NCBI GenBank assembly: GCA_035221665.1
Contig: CM069154.1
Location: forward strand, 6,076,001 to 6,140,000
DNA from: Okamejei kenojei
Taxonomy: Eukaryota
Direction: 5' to 3'
Length of the DNA stretch: 64,000 bases
Of the stretch, positions 1 to 13,700 are shown one piece after another. Made by a program: the position numbers and the translations under genes. Each line of letters starts with the position of its first letter. The stretch's first letter is position 1. The notes under the pieces are model-generated. The model was not told the origin of the DNA and did no database searches. It worked only from the letters and a program-made list of their open reading frames with translations.

Positions 1-320
1 AAACGCACACCTCCAGATTCAGGGTCAGTTTCTTCTCAGTTATTATCAGGCAACTGAACTGTCCTATCAACAAACAGAGCATGGCGCTGACTAGCATCTA
101 CCTCATCAGGGACCCCCGAACTATTTTTAATCGGGCTTCAGTAGACTTTATCTTGCACTAAACATTATTCTTATTATCCTGTATCTGTACTCTGTGGACG
201 GCGCGATAGTAATCACGAATAGTCTTTCCCCTGACTGGATAGCACAGAATGAAGTGATTTTCACTGTGCCTAGTAAACTGCACACTGTACGTGGCAATAA
301 ACTAAACAAAACAAAACAAA
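1..320 (+). mobile_element. 3' fragment of a Rex1/Babar-like LINE
   Basis: Start encodes R-F-R-V-S-F-F-S-V-I-I-R-Q-L-N, resembling the C-terminal 'RxxxSFxPxxIRxLN' of Rex1/Babar ORFs. It ends in AATAAA plus AC-rich repeats. A similar fragment lies at ~48900-49140. Confidence 0.5.
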
Positions 321-599
321 ACCTCATCACCGTTCAGCCATGGAAGTTCCGTCATGATATTTATTATAGCCCTGCTGTCATGCATAGAGAAGAAGATTGT
401 GGCATTCTCTCTTCAGTAATTAGCTTTAAAAACCGGAGAGGCAACTGTTGAAGGAATTTACAAATGTATCCCAATGTATTTAACGTGACAGAAACATAAT
501 TCAACTTGGTGGTCAAGTTGAAAATTAATAAGGTACTAATACAGAGTTAGTTTGTCAAATGGTCAGGTGTGATCAAGTTAAGTTGTGTCACGTAAATTG

Positions 600-3500
600 G
601 AATATGTTTCCAACAAACACAGTTCACAGCAACGCTAACTTCAGGTGTGCATCTGTGGTTGGGAGAAAAGGACTTGACGATCCACCAAGGGAGGAAAAAG
701 TGCTTGAGAGAGCAGAGACATGGGCCTCGCATTGACCAGTACTTCTTACGAAGCCACCAGTCAAATCAGTCAAATGAAGCACAGCGACGGGACACAAACC
801 AAAGTTCGTAGAGCATCAGCACCCATGTCACTGAAGAGGGTGATCCAAGCACAGAAATGCCGGTGGAGGAGCCCACGCAACAACTACAAAGACCTCCATT
901 GGAGGGAAAGATCAAAGGGCACAAACCTGAAGTTAAATGGCCCAAAGCTGTTGAAAAGAAAGAGTGGGAGACGGTCAACAGTGACCTTATACATATCTTG
1001 GAGCAAAATGTGGGCACAGCAGTGGAAAAGCTTCAAAGGATGGGCAACACAATCTACAGCTATGGAGAAGAATGGTTTGGGGTGAGTAAAGGGAGAGGTG
1101 GAAAGAAATTACCAACACCAATCAAGTCCAGGAGGCAGCAGGAGATCGAGAGGCTAATCAGAGAGAGGAGACAGTTGAAAAAGCAATGGAAAAAAGCAAC
1201 TGACGCAGAGAGAGAAGGTCTCATGCTACTCCAAGAGGACATCGAGCCAATTGGCAACCTTGCGAAAAGCAGAGAACATGAGGAAACTTCGCAAGAAGAA
1301 AGAACACACAAGAACACGGTTCTACAAAGACCCTTTCAAGTTCATCAAAGACCTCTTCGCAAAGGAAAAAAGTGGAACTTTGAAAACATCAAAACAAGAA
1401 TTGGAGGAACACCTGGAAAAGGCCCACCAAGACACGAAAATGCATGAGCAGTTAATCATCCCACATGACATCCCACCTATTCAACCACCTGAATTCAACC
1501 TGGACACCAGCCCTCCGAAATAGCAACAGGTAGAGTACACTGTCCGGCGAGCAAGAGCAGCATCAGCTCCGGGGCCAAATGGAGTACCTACAAGAATGCA
1601 CCAGATGTGTTACGCCTTCTATGGAAGCTCATGAGGGTGGTGTGGAAGAAGCAAACAATACCTAAGGCATGGCGAAGGGCCGGCGGCGTACTAATACCTG
1701 AAGAAAAGGATGCATCAGACATCAGCCAATTCCGGCCAATATGTCTCCTCAACGTCGAGGGAAAAATCTTTTTCAGCATTGTATCACAAAGGCTATCGAC
1801 CTATCTGGGAACAAACAAGTACATTGATACATCTGTACAGAAAGCAGGAATTCCAAGATATTCGGGCTGCTTGGAGCATGATCTGGCACCAGATCCAAGC
1901 AGCTAAGAAGGACAAGAGAGACCTACATGTGATCTTCCTCGATCTGGCCAATGCATTTGGTTCAGTTCCCCATGAACTCCTTTGGGAAGCTTTTCCATGT
2001 AGCAGAGCTCATCACCACACTGGTCAAGAACTATTTCCAAGACCTGCAGCTGTGCTTCACAACAGCTGAATTCAGTACAACGTGGCAGCGCTTGGAAGTA
2101 GGCATCATGGCAGGCTGCACAGTCTCACCCTTGGCCTTTACAATGGCCATGGAAGTCATCATCAGGGCCTCATAATGGGTGGTGGGCTGTGAACGAACCA
2201 GTGCTGGGCTCCGTCTGCCACCCACCAGGGCATACATGGACGACATGACAACAATAACCACTACTGCAGCATGCACCAAGCGGCTACTTGGAAAGCTGCA
2301 GGAGAACATCAAGTGGGCCCGAATGAAAATCAAACCAGGTAAATCTCGAAGCATCTCCATAGTTAAGTGGGTGCTTAGAGACACAAGGTTCTGCATTGGT
2401 GATGACCCAATACCAACAGTGTTTGAGCAGCCAGTAAAAAGCCTGGGCAGATGGTACAACGCAAGTCTCAAGGACAAAGAGCAGGTGCAACAACTAAGGC
2501 AAGAAATTGTCAACGGCCTGGAGAACATCAATCTGGTGCCTACAGTTTGGACTTCTTCCTCGGACAATGTGGCCACTGACCGTTTATGAAGCCCCAATAA
2601 CAACTGTTGAGAAGATGGAGCGAACCATAACTTCATACATGAAGAACTGGCTCAGTGTCCCACAATGTCTAACTAACATCGGCCTCTATGGCAAAGGGGT
2701 CCTGGAACTACCTCTCACTAGTCCAACAGAGGAATACAAGTGTTCCAAAGTAAGACTCCAGATGACACCATCAGTGCTGTTGTGCCATCCCTAGTAACTG
2801 GCCGGAAGTGGACACCATCTGATGCAGTACAGCAAGCTTCATCAGCCCTGAGGCACAAAGACGTCGTGGGGCAAGTGCAGCAGGGAAGAGGAGACTTTGG
2901 CCTTACGACAAGTAAACCAACTTGGCGAAAGGCCACAACATCAGAGCGGAGGACATTGGTGGTTGAGGAGGTGCGGCGAACAGGAGGAGGCCGCAAGAAG
3001 TGCAAAGGCGGTATCTCTTGCCAAACAGGGGCAATGGATGCAGTGGGAAGGTGTGGAGCGGAGGAAGATCAGCTGGAAAGAACTATGGGAAATGGAATCA
3101 AGCAAGATCAGCTTCATCATCAGAGCGACATACGACGTGCTTCCATCACCAAAGAACCTCCATCAGTGGTACGGCGAGGATCCAACCTGTGCCCTCTGCC
3201 CAACTTCAGTGACCCTCATGGTAGGCTGCAAGATCAGCCTCACGCAAGGGAGATACACGTGGTGGCATAATCAGGTACTAAAAAGCCTGGCAACAGCCCT
3301 TGAGAACAGGCGGTGTGCGACCAACTCCTTGCCTCCGAGAGCAAGCAACACCCCCCCCCACTTAAGGGCAACAACCTTTGTCCGAGAAGGACAGAAAACA
3401 CCTAAACATCCTTCCACCAGATCAGATGAAGGAAACCTATGCAGGGCCCGTGACTGGAGGATGCTGGCGGACATCGGCCGACAACTAATCTTTCCACCTG

Positions 3501-4085
3501 AATGCTTCAACCAACCTCAGGCCAGACTTGGTGTTCTGATCCCCTTCACAGAAGACTGCTTACATCATAGAGCTCACAGTTCCATGGGAGAACTATGTTG
3601 AGGAGGCCTATGAGCGTAAGAAGCTGCGCTATGCAGAGCTTGCAGCAGAGGCAACGCAGCGTGGCTGGAACACCAAAGTCTACCCAGTTGAAGTGGGATG
3701 CAGAGGGTTTGTTGCGTCATCTACCATCAGACTGCTGAAGGAGCTTGGAATCCACGGTCAGGCTCTGCGGAAGACCATAAGATCACTCTCAGACGCGGCT
3801 GAAAGAAGCAGCCGTTGGATTTGGCTCAAGCGGAAAGACCCATGCTGGGCCCCATGTACGTCATGGTGAATCTTTGGGGCAGTTTTACACGGGACACGCG
3901 CTGATGGCTGATCATCCTGCAGCGGGCCGCCCTTGTGGAGGGTGTATAGTGTTAAAAGACCCATTGGTATTGGGTCATCACCAATGCAGAACACCCCAGA
4001 AACACCCAGAGATGCAAGGGTACACTACTGATGATGTGTCCTGTGCCCAACTGTCCTGAAGGTTACCTAGGCCAAGATATACATA
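600..4085 (+). mobile_element. HERO-like RLE-clade non-LTR retrotransposon, near full length, multiply frameshifted
   Basis: N-terminal zinc-finger remnant (VCICGW...TIHQG) and RT motifs across consecutive frames (QFRPICLLNVEGKIF, FLDLANAFGSVPH, GIMAGCTVSPLAF, RAYMDD). Zinc-knuckle remnant (TCALC) and restriction-like endonuclease motifs (RPDLV, IELTVPWE, EAYERKKLRY, PVEVGCRGF) follow. Confidence 0.85.
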
Positions 4086-4094
4086 TATGTATCT

Positions 4095-4136
4095 CCCCCA
4101 CCCCCCACCCCCCCCCCCCCCCCCCCCCGCCCCCCT
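4095..4136. repeat. poly-C tract
   Basis: Near-pure C run directly after the HERO-like 3' end. Confidence 0.9.
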
Positions 4137-4719
4137 GATGTTGAGCGTCTACCACTCTCAGCAATCAATGAATGTTGTGAAATGCTACCCACCTACTGGC
4201 ACAAGGGACTTCTTAACATCTTGACCTGTGTACTTGATTCTGAATGCTAAGATATCAAGTTGGTCAGGTTTAAGAGATAATAAAGTGAGAAAACGCATGA
4301 TCACTGAACAATCAACTGCCTTCCCAGACTAGGCTACTCCTGTTTTTTTCTGATTGTACATCGATATTTGGGTGCAAGAGGTATGTCTATTTAGCAATTA
4401 GCAAAAACTTTCTCTAACATTAGATACAAGGCTAAACTTATTCTGCACCTGCCAATCACAATTAAAGATTGATGCCACTCCAAGGACTACCCAAGTAAAA
4501 TATCAAGGATTCTTTTAAGTAAAGTCTGGATAAACACAAGAGGGAAAATAAGGATTGCAAGGATATGCTGATGTGCTTCCATGTACAGGGGTATTTGGAG
4601 GTTTGTGTATAGAATGGATACTGGAGAGGGCTGGTGGGGCTGATTGCCCTGTGTAGTCCCATATAATCTGATTTTGAAAAGTTTCAAACATTCAATTGAT
4701 TCATATTTCATGTCCTTAC

Positions 4720-4766
4720 CTGGGTTCCATTTGCCCTGGCTCTGTGGTGTATGTTGCTCTTGGATT
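4720..4766 (-). CDS. Exon 7: cytoplasmic
   Basis: gttgcag| ... CAG|gtaagg. Open in the required frame ([16 protein letters not shown]). Confidence 0.55.
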
Positions 4767-7700
4767 CTGCAACATAGAATGTTATTGTTGTAAGGACCAT
4801 GTCAATGTACAGGCCGTGTTTCAACATCTATGCGTTACATTCTTATACAGTTACATTCTTATTTCAATGAGCGTCATCTGCTTTGATCTGCACTTGTTCA
4901 CACCTTACATGCTCTTTGTACCGTTCCGTATCTCTAGTTTCCCTCTCCCCTGATTCTCAGTCTGAAATAGGGTCTCCAATCCGAAATGTCACCCATTCCT
5001 TCTCTCCAGTGATGCTGCCTGTCCTGTCTCCGGCATTTTGTGTCTATCTTCGGTGTAAATCAGCATCTACAATTTCTTGCTACAGAAACTATCAGCATCT
5101 CACTTCTAATCAACTTCATAGCTGTGATGCAGCTTTTCCTCTCCATATTAAGGCTGAGTTCCCGACTTGTGAAAGAGCTAGATTTAGCTCCTAGGTCTAA
5201 TGGAAACATATAACCATATAACCATATAACAATTACAGCACGGAGACAGGCCCTCTCGGCCCTTCCAGTCCGTGCCGACCATTTGTTTTCCCCTAGTCCC
5301 ATCTACCTGCACTCAGACCATACCCCTCCATTCCCTTCACGTCCATATACCTATCCACTTTACTTTTAAATGTTAAAATCGATCCTGCCTCCACCACCTC
5401 TGCTGGAAGCTCATTCAACACAGCCACGACCCTCTGAGTAAAGAAGTTCCACCTCACGTTACCCCTAAACTTCTGTCCCTTAATTCTCATGTCATGCCCT
5501 CTTGTTTGAATCTTCCCTACCCTCAATGGGAAAAGCTTATCCACGTCAACTCTGTCTATCCCTTTCATCATTTTAAAGACCTCAATCAAGTCCCCCCTTA
5601 ACCTTCTGCGCTCCAAAGAATAAAGACCTAACTTGTTCAACCTTTCTCTGTAACATAGTTGCTGGAACCCAGGCAACATTCTAGTAAATCTCCTCTGTAC
5701 TCTCTCTAATTTGTTGACATCCTTCCTATAAATAGGCGACCAAAATTGTACACCATACTCCAGAATTGGTCTTACCAATGCCTTGTACAATTTTAACATT
5801 ACTTCCCTACTCCTGATTTATGGTCTTTATAAATGCTCTGATTTATAAAGGCCAGCACACCAAAGGCTTTCTTTACTACCCTATCTACATGCAATTCCAC
5901 CTTCAGGGAACTATGCACAGTTATTCCTAGATCCCTCTGTTCCACAGCATTCCTCAATTCCCTACCATTTACCATGTACGTCCTATTTTGATTTGTCCTG
6001 CCAAGATGTAGCACTTCACACTTATCAGCATTAAACTCCTTCTGCCATCTTTCAGCCCACTTTTCCAAATGGCCCAAATCTCTCTGTAGACTTTGAGAAT
6101 CTACTTCATTATCCACAATACCACCTATCTTAGTATCATCTGCATACTTACTTATCCAATTTTCCACCCCATCATCCAGATCATTGATGTACATGACAAA
6201 CAACAGTGGACCCAACACAGATCACTGAGGCACCCCACTGGTCACCGGCTTCCAACCTGACAAACAGCCATCCACCATTACTCTCTGACATCTCCCATTC
6301 AGCCACTGTTGAATCCATCTTGCTACTCCGCCATTAACACCCAAAGATTGAACCTTCTGAACCAACCTTCCATGGGGAACCTTGTCAAAGGCCTTACTGA
6401 AATCCATATAGACAACATCCACTGCTTTACCCTCATCAATTTCCCTAGTTACCGCTTCAAAATCAAGGGATGTGGGGAGAAAGCAGAAATGTGGTACTGA
6501 CTTTGGATGATCAGCCATGATCATTTTGAATAGGCTTGAAGGGCCGAATGGCATATTCCTGCACATATTTTCTATTTTTCTATGTGGAGTTAAGCAGTAC
6601 ACTCACCCTGATGCAGTGGCGGCTCCATAGTGTTAACGCCCCATTGAGCTAGACAAGGAAACTTAAACTCTGGTCCTTGGTTGACTAGAATAAATTCCAA
6701 TTACTTACCAGTTGGTCAAAAACTATCACATATAGCTTGAAGTTATGAAGAAAAAGTGGAATCTCACCCCTGTATCTATTCCTTAGATACAATAGTAGGC
6801 AAGCGAATAATCCAACGAGCAGAGCCCCGGTGACACTGAGAACAATTATCATAATAAGTCTGTTGTAGAGAGAAAGAAAGAGTCATCATCGGAATACAAC
6901 GGATTTTTAACTATTGTTAGAGAAAAAACATATAGCATTGATACGACAACTTGCAAAGCCCTGGAATATGTTTAGCCCAGTAAATGCAGTTCGGCATTGT
7001 TGTGTTGTGGGAAATGCAAGGCAGGTGGATTATGTTCAGGTTTGGTTTTGGTTTTGGTTTGTTATTGTCACATGTACAGAGGAACAGTGAAAAGTTTTGT
7101 ATTGCATGTTATGCCATCAAATCAGAAAATGCAATTAATAAATCCAATCAAACCCAACTTGTGTGAATAGGTAGAATGAATTGAAAGATACAGAGTGCCT
7201 GGCCAACATGTGTTCGGTAACACAATTGTGGAACATCTTCATCAAATCCAGAAGAAGACATCCATTATGTTTTCAGGGCATATAGTGTGCCTGTGTGTGG
7301 CCACCACAGATGGCACCTTGAAGAAATCAGGCATTTCATCCATTTACCGTGATCGACATTAAAGCTGTGACCAACCTTTCAGGATGGCGCTCACAAAGGA
7401 TATCAAGGGCCATGCCCTTAGGCATTAATTCACCATGAACTTCCACATCAGTGCCAGACCATAGCAGGTCAAACAAAACATTGTTGGAGTTTGGCAAATA
7501 CAGCCTTGTGTGAGGTGAGTGATGGGGCAGGCATTGTGACTACTGCACAGAACACTACCCGAGAAGAACATGATTTTATTTCCCAACAACATTCATAGCA
7601 CAGCAGAGTGATACATACTGATGCTGCCACATATATAGCTTTTCTCCAGAGATGTTGCCGGATCCGCAGAGTTACTCCACCATTTTGTGGCCATCTTTGC

Positions 7701-10700
7701 TAAAACCAGCATCAACGGCTCCTATTGATTCAATTTCCATTCTAATGAGCTATGGTGCAAAATAATGCCTGATTTTCTAGTTTTTATGCCAAAATAATTA
7801 CTATATAATTTTGGAGGCGATTATGCCTTTGTATGACCGGCTTCCAAGGGGTACTGGTGCTTCAGTTATACCGACGTCTAATGTTAGGTCCCATTGAAGT
7901 CAATAGGAATTCCGCCTCCAATTTATATTTTGCTCTCTTGAAGCCTGGCTACTGTAATCGAATGATAAACACTGTACCTTGGTGTGGAATCGGATAGACC
8001 GGGTTTCTCTGGACTCTGGCTGATTATATTTGAAATTGCCGAAGATGCACGTGTCCTTGTTTCTCTTGTGGATGTTACACAAGAATATCCAGTTGCTGTT
8101 AAGACAAAAAATAAAATTCACTTTCACGTGATCTTCCCCGACAATCACGCCAGATAGCAAATTTGGCAGATGGGAGATCTATACCTGGGGAAAGGGCTGA
8201 TTCATTTCGGGTACAAAGTGATTTTTCTTCAGTGCAATTGACCGTCCTTTGTATCAAACCAGAGAGGTTTCAAAATATGAGTGTCGCCCGTATTCACGGA
8301 TCTATTCTGCTTCATTCCTATACCTCTATAGCGGGGAAGCAGACATGCTGCTGGGGCAGTGAAATTGCTTAGATTGGTGGCACTACAAATCACGTCCAAT
8401 CGTGTGCTAGCACAAGGGAAATTTCCAGCCAGGGAGCTAGCCTTGCTTATACTAGAAACGTGACCAAAGCTTCAAAAGTGTGGGGAATCAAGAACCTGAG
8501 GACAGGTTTAAGATCAGAGGAGGGGGAGGGGGGTTAATAGGATCCTGGGGGGCAACCTTTCCGCCCAAATAGTGGTCGGTGTATAGATCGATCTGCCAAA
8601 GGAGATAGTTGAGGCAAGTACTATCACGACGTTTAAAATACATTTGGATAGATACATGGATAGGATAAGCTTAGAACGTTTTGCGCCAAATACAGGAAGA
8701 TGGGACTGGTGTGGATAGTAGGCGTCGGGAAGTAGGGCTGAAGGGCTTATTTCCACACTATATTTCTCTATGACACCGGGGCATATTGGATGAAGTATAT
8801 TGACATCACTATCAACTATATCACTCTATCACTACAATCACTATAAAAAATAATGGATAGAGAAACATTGCATGTGCAGATTAACCAATTGCCCACTGTC
8901 ACTGGCTCCTGCCCACTCGTATCTGGCTTTCTGAGCTGCCCACTCCTAACTGGCTTTCTAACAAGAAAACAGATCGATCGGCAAAGAATATTGAAATGTC
9001 CTGATGGGAATTATATTTTGAGGGCGGCTCGGTGGCGCAGCGGTAGAGTTGCTGCCCTACAGCGCCAGAGAACCGGGTTCGATCCTGTCTACGGGTGCTG
9101 TCTGTACGGAGTTTATGCGTTCTCCAAATAATCACGTGTGTTTTCTCCGGAAGCACCAGTTCCTTCCCACATTCCAAATATGTGCAGGTTTGTAGGTTAA
9201 TTAGCTTCTGTTAATTGTCCTTAGGGTGTATGATGGAACTGGTATGCGGGTGGTTGTTGGTTGGCACTATCTCGAGGGGCCGTATGGCCTGTTTCTATGC
9301 TGTATCTCTAAAGTAAACTTGCGTGGCTGGAGGTAGAATTTTAGCAGCATGAATTTTCGGCTAAAGGGGCTATTTGGTGAACATTTGTCTGAAAGTTTAC
9401 AACATAATTTATCATATGTGACCTAAGTAATGGATCCTTATTGTGACACTAATCACAAACTTCCAACTACTGTGAGCATTCCTCTCAACGTCAAGTTATA
9501 TATTTCCTTTCAGGATCTTGTGGGGTCTTCAGAATCATTCCAATCCATCTTTTACCGTAACACTAAAACATCCCAGGAATCAAACTGGCGATTCAGTTAT
9601 TCCCTCCTGCACTTACCATTGTTACCTAAACGCACCACATAACTGCAATTCTCTCCGGTGTTGCGAACTGTCACGTTGACCATTTCACTGGACTTTGTCC
9701 CACGATTATTTGAGGCTTTGCAGTAATATTGATGGTGTTGGTGTTTGAAGGATTGACAACGTAGATCCAGGTTATTGCTATTTGAGATCTTTAAGGTATT
9801 TTCATACCAGGTGTAGCTAATGGGAAGTGATCCCCGCTCAGACTTACAGGACACTGTCACTGGGCCTCCGACACAGGAGACATTGGCTGGTGACAGAAAT
9901 CCAAGCATAGGAACAGACACAGGTTCTGTGGGAAAGGAGCAAACAATGGATACAAAGTCAACATCTGAAAATAAAAGACTCTCTCATTCTGGCACCCTTG
10001 TACCTCGACTTTTGAAGAGGTACACGCGAACCTCGTCCCCTGCCTGCCTTCGGTGCTAGCAATATGACCTCGGCCTTTACACAAGCGAGCCTGGGGATCC
10101 TGGTTGCTAATCATTTAAGTCTCCTTCCCATTACCATTCGACCCTTTATGTCCTTGGGTTCCTCCGTTGCCAAAACTTTTTTGAAAGAGAAACAGCACCT
10201 TGTATTCCCCTTGACAATCGGACAACGCAACGGTATGAACATTGTATTGATGGATTTCAAATAATACCTCACTATCGCCAACCGCTCCCCCCCCCCCCCT
10301 CTTCATAGAACTCCCACCCGATCCCCGCAACCCTTCCACCATCTCCGCTTTTCTACATTCATAAACCCGTCACGTCTCCCATCTCTGAGTTCCCCGTTTC
10401 CTTTTTATACCGCCTCGTTCCCCACCCTGGGTTCACTTCCATCCTTCCATCCCTCCCTCCCACCGACTTCACATTTCACTGTTCCTCGTCTCTCCTTATC
10501 TGGTCTGCTCCTCACTTATAGTCACTTACTTCACCCCCTCTGTTAATCAACCTCCTCACCTGTGCCTATCCATCTATCTATCGCTCGCCAGGATTGGTGC
10601 CGTTCACATCTCTCAATTCCAGCTTTCTCCTCCCTTACTCCGTCTGCCTGAAGGAGGATCAGGACTATTCTTGTTCCATTCCTTCAACAGATGCTACCTG

Positions 10701-13700
10701 ACCCGCTAAATTCTTTCAGCACTTATGGTTTTGTTCACGTGTCACACACCTGTCCAATGTTCGGTGGCTATATAGAGAGGCTACAGTTGTGCTTGGAATA
10801 AGTGACCTGCAACAGGAAGGGAACCAATTGGTGCTGATATCGGGATGGAGACAGCGAGAGATATTGTCAGTCTGAAAAGCCAAGAAACTCGGGGAAGGTT
10901 GAGGTCACCCGGAATTTCCTGAAAAGTCAGATTAGGATTGATTTACTGCCGAGATTGGGCCGGGTGGAGAGGCTGGCTGTCTGCCGGGCGGTGGGTGGTC
11001 TGTGGCTGCTGGGGATGCGGGCGCATTGACGGGACTGAGGGAGAGAGAGAAGGAGACCGCTGGGTGGGGAGGGAGTGAACTGGCCCCTGAGGTTGGGGCG
11101 GGGTGCGTCCTGGCCTGCCCCGGGAGGAATGAACGCAGTCCGTTGAACACACGGGATTGATTCCCTGTTTATGATTCTCCAGGTATTCAGACCAGACCAC
11201 TTGTTTCTCACTGATCTGTTCCCGTCGGATTATTAGATTGAGTGAGAATGCAAACCTCTGGTAGGGTAACATTTAACACGGTTCAGAGGCAGGGACATGT
11301 GCTGAGCATCCCACTTGAAGTGGGTGGCCGCTCAGTGGGACAGAGCCCCCACTGGTTGAGAACAACATGAGTGGGGTTTCCCTCCCCCGCCCGCTCCCCG
11401 CAGGTCTCTGCACTGCTGCGGAGCCTCGGGATATCGGTGCTGCCCTGACACTTCCCGGAGAAAACATGGATCAGGCTTTTCAGTGGAGACGTCAAGTCAA
11501 TCGCTGAGAAACGTACCGTCAGATACTTGGAGATGAACGTTAAACAATGGATCCAAGCCAGGTGTAGCAATTCCACAGCTGTACCATCCTGTATCTCCGG
11601 AGTAAAGATCCTCCACAGTCACAGTAAACATACTTCGTGCCTGGTTATCTGTGATTGACGCTCTTCCACTCCGTCCGTGTTGCCTATTTGTTTCCAATAA
11701 AACTCTACACTGGCGAGTCCACCCGTGACACCAATATTTTGGGTGTGAGCGGTACTTTGCTTCATAGTGACAATCGACTGTGACCGCTCTTCCTACAACT
11801 CCTCCTACACGGTCCTTCCCCCACAACGCACCTGAAACTGAGAGGACAAACCTTCTGAAAATGAACATGAAAAATCACGTGAACATTCGGAATTGTTAGA
11901 GGTGCGCTGGACAACATTCATCCCCACTGGACCAGATCATCCATCCAGATCATGACTTACCCTCGTTTCAATTGGCAGCGTCTCTCCATCTCCAACCCAG
12001 TGGTAGGGAACAACATCTCATAGTTCCCGTCGGCAGATCACACGCCAATGGTATGAATAATGATATCTCTAACTTCAAGTAAACCCTGCAACCCCTCTCC
12101 GCCTACCCCATCCCACCTAAGTCGTACCAGCTTCTTGTTGAATCTCATTGCCTGTAACTCGTTCTCACTTACTACACAGCTAGCAATGGCCTGTTTCATC
12201 GTTGTTACTTTTTTTTACATATCTTTCATTCATTTGTTCTATATCTCTCTACACAACTGTCTATACCTCCTCCCTTTCCCTTGACTTTCTGTCTGTAGAA
12301 GGGTCTAGATCTCGAAACAGCACCTATTCCTTAGCTCCATATATGCTGTGTGACCAGCTGAGTTACTCCAGTATTTTGTGTCTATCTTCCAAACCAACAT
12401 AGTCTCTTCTGTCCGCTCAGCATTGCCGACGTTTCCTCGTCTGTCGCTCGTCACGCTGCTGGGAGCGGAATCTCCCGGTCCGAGTGTCGGCGGGTGGTTC
12501 CCCAGAATATCTAGCAGTTGTGAATGGAAGGAGACTGCAGAGTACAATATTCGGCAAATTACCTCACTTCAGCTACCAACTAAATGGCTCGTTTTAATGA
12601 CCGAGTGAGAAATTACGTCCAGGAAAATATATAGGATTCTGGATAGTGATCACCCCTCACTCACAATCAGTATCACAACAGCTTCAGGATTAAAGTTGGG
12701 CCTTGCTGAATTAGACAAAAGCACAACAGAGGCAAAGCAAATTGAGAAGTAAATGGTAACTGTAAATGACTTCTGTACCCAGCACGTGATTCAAATACAG
12801 CTTTAATCAGCACTGAAACTTAACAGCATGGAGGATGATTAGTTGTCAGTACATCCTGGCTGCTCCAACTGTTGGTACTGGGAAACCAGTGTTAGTATAA
12901 GTATTACAGTGGGGTGGAGTTAGAGATGCTGGCTGGTGTGTGATTGGTTAACATGCAACATCAATCTACACCCTTCACCCTAAAGATTAAGTGTGAAAAG
13001 GCACCAATGCCATGGGGTTAAACATACTCGCCATATCTGTATGGTGGTCTACTAACACGGCCCGAGCGAGTGCGGACCAACACCCCCCCCCCCCCCCCCA
13101 CCTGAAAGATGAGATGGAAAGCCTGAAGGCGAGATTGACATGGTAGAGGATTGTGGTGACCGAAAGGGGAAACATGCGGTGGGTGAGGGCACGAGTGGGG
13201 GACTGATTTGTGGAAATTTGGGGGAAAGAAATGCCTAAACAGTATTGATCTATTGTACAGCCTCCGAAAATGTCGGACGGATTTTCCGCAAGGTTAATGT
13301 ATTGTATATATTTATCATTCGAATAAAGTATATTTTGAAATAAAAAAATAAAAAAAAAGAGGCCCCGTGGTTAGTGGAGACTGCTGGACGTGGAGGGGTG
13401 CAAGGCATGCGGGGACGGGTGGTAGACATTGCAAAAGGCAGCTGGAACTGGAGCGGTGGAGCATAGGGACCAGCAGGCGATGGGCGAGGCTCCCTCACAG
13501 CAAGCAGGTGTTGTCAACTTCTTCCGTATACCGCTCCCTCACAGTCAACCAGGTAAGACTGTGGCTCATCAGTCGGGTCGATAACAGTGCACAAACGGGA
13601 ATGTCCAGTTGAAGTTCGTAGGTGGACGACCTGACCCGGAAGTAGAGGCTTGAGTGGTCTGCTGGAACTGTCGTATGACCATTTCTGAAAATCATACTTC

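Noticed and set aside
3995-4045. Hammerhead ribozyme in the HERO 3' UTR (GAAAC...CTGATGA)
   Set aside because: Stems and cleavage triplet cannot be arranged into a valid hammerhead topology.
4515-4667. Terminal exon of the receptor ending in ...CVYPDFT*
   Set aside because: It is in frame but needs a ~52-nt intron, too short for a vertebrate. Other candidates (read-through VRT*, acceptors near 4447 and 423) cannot be ranked without transcripts.
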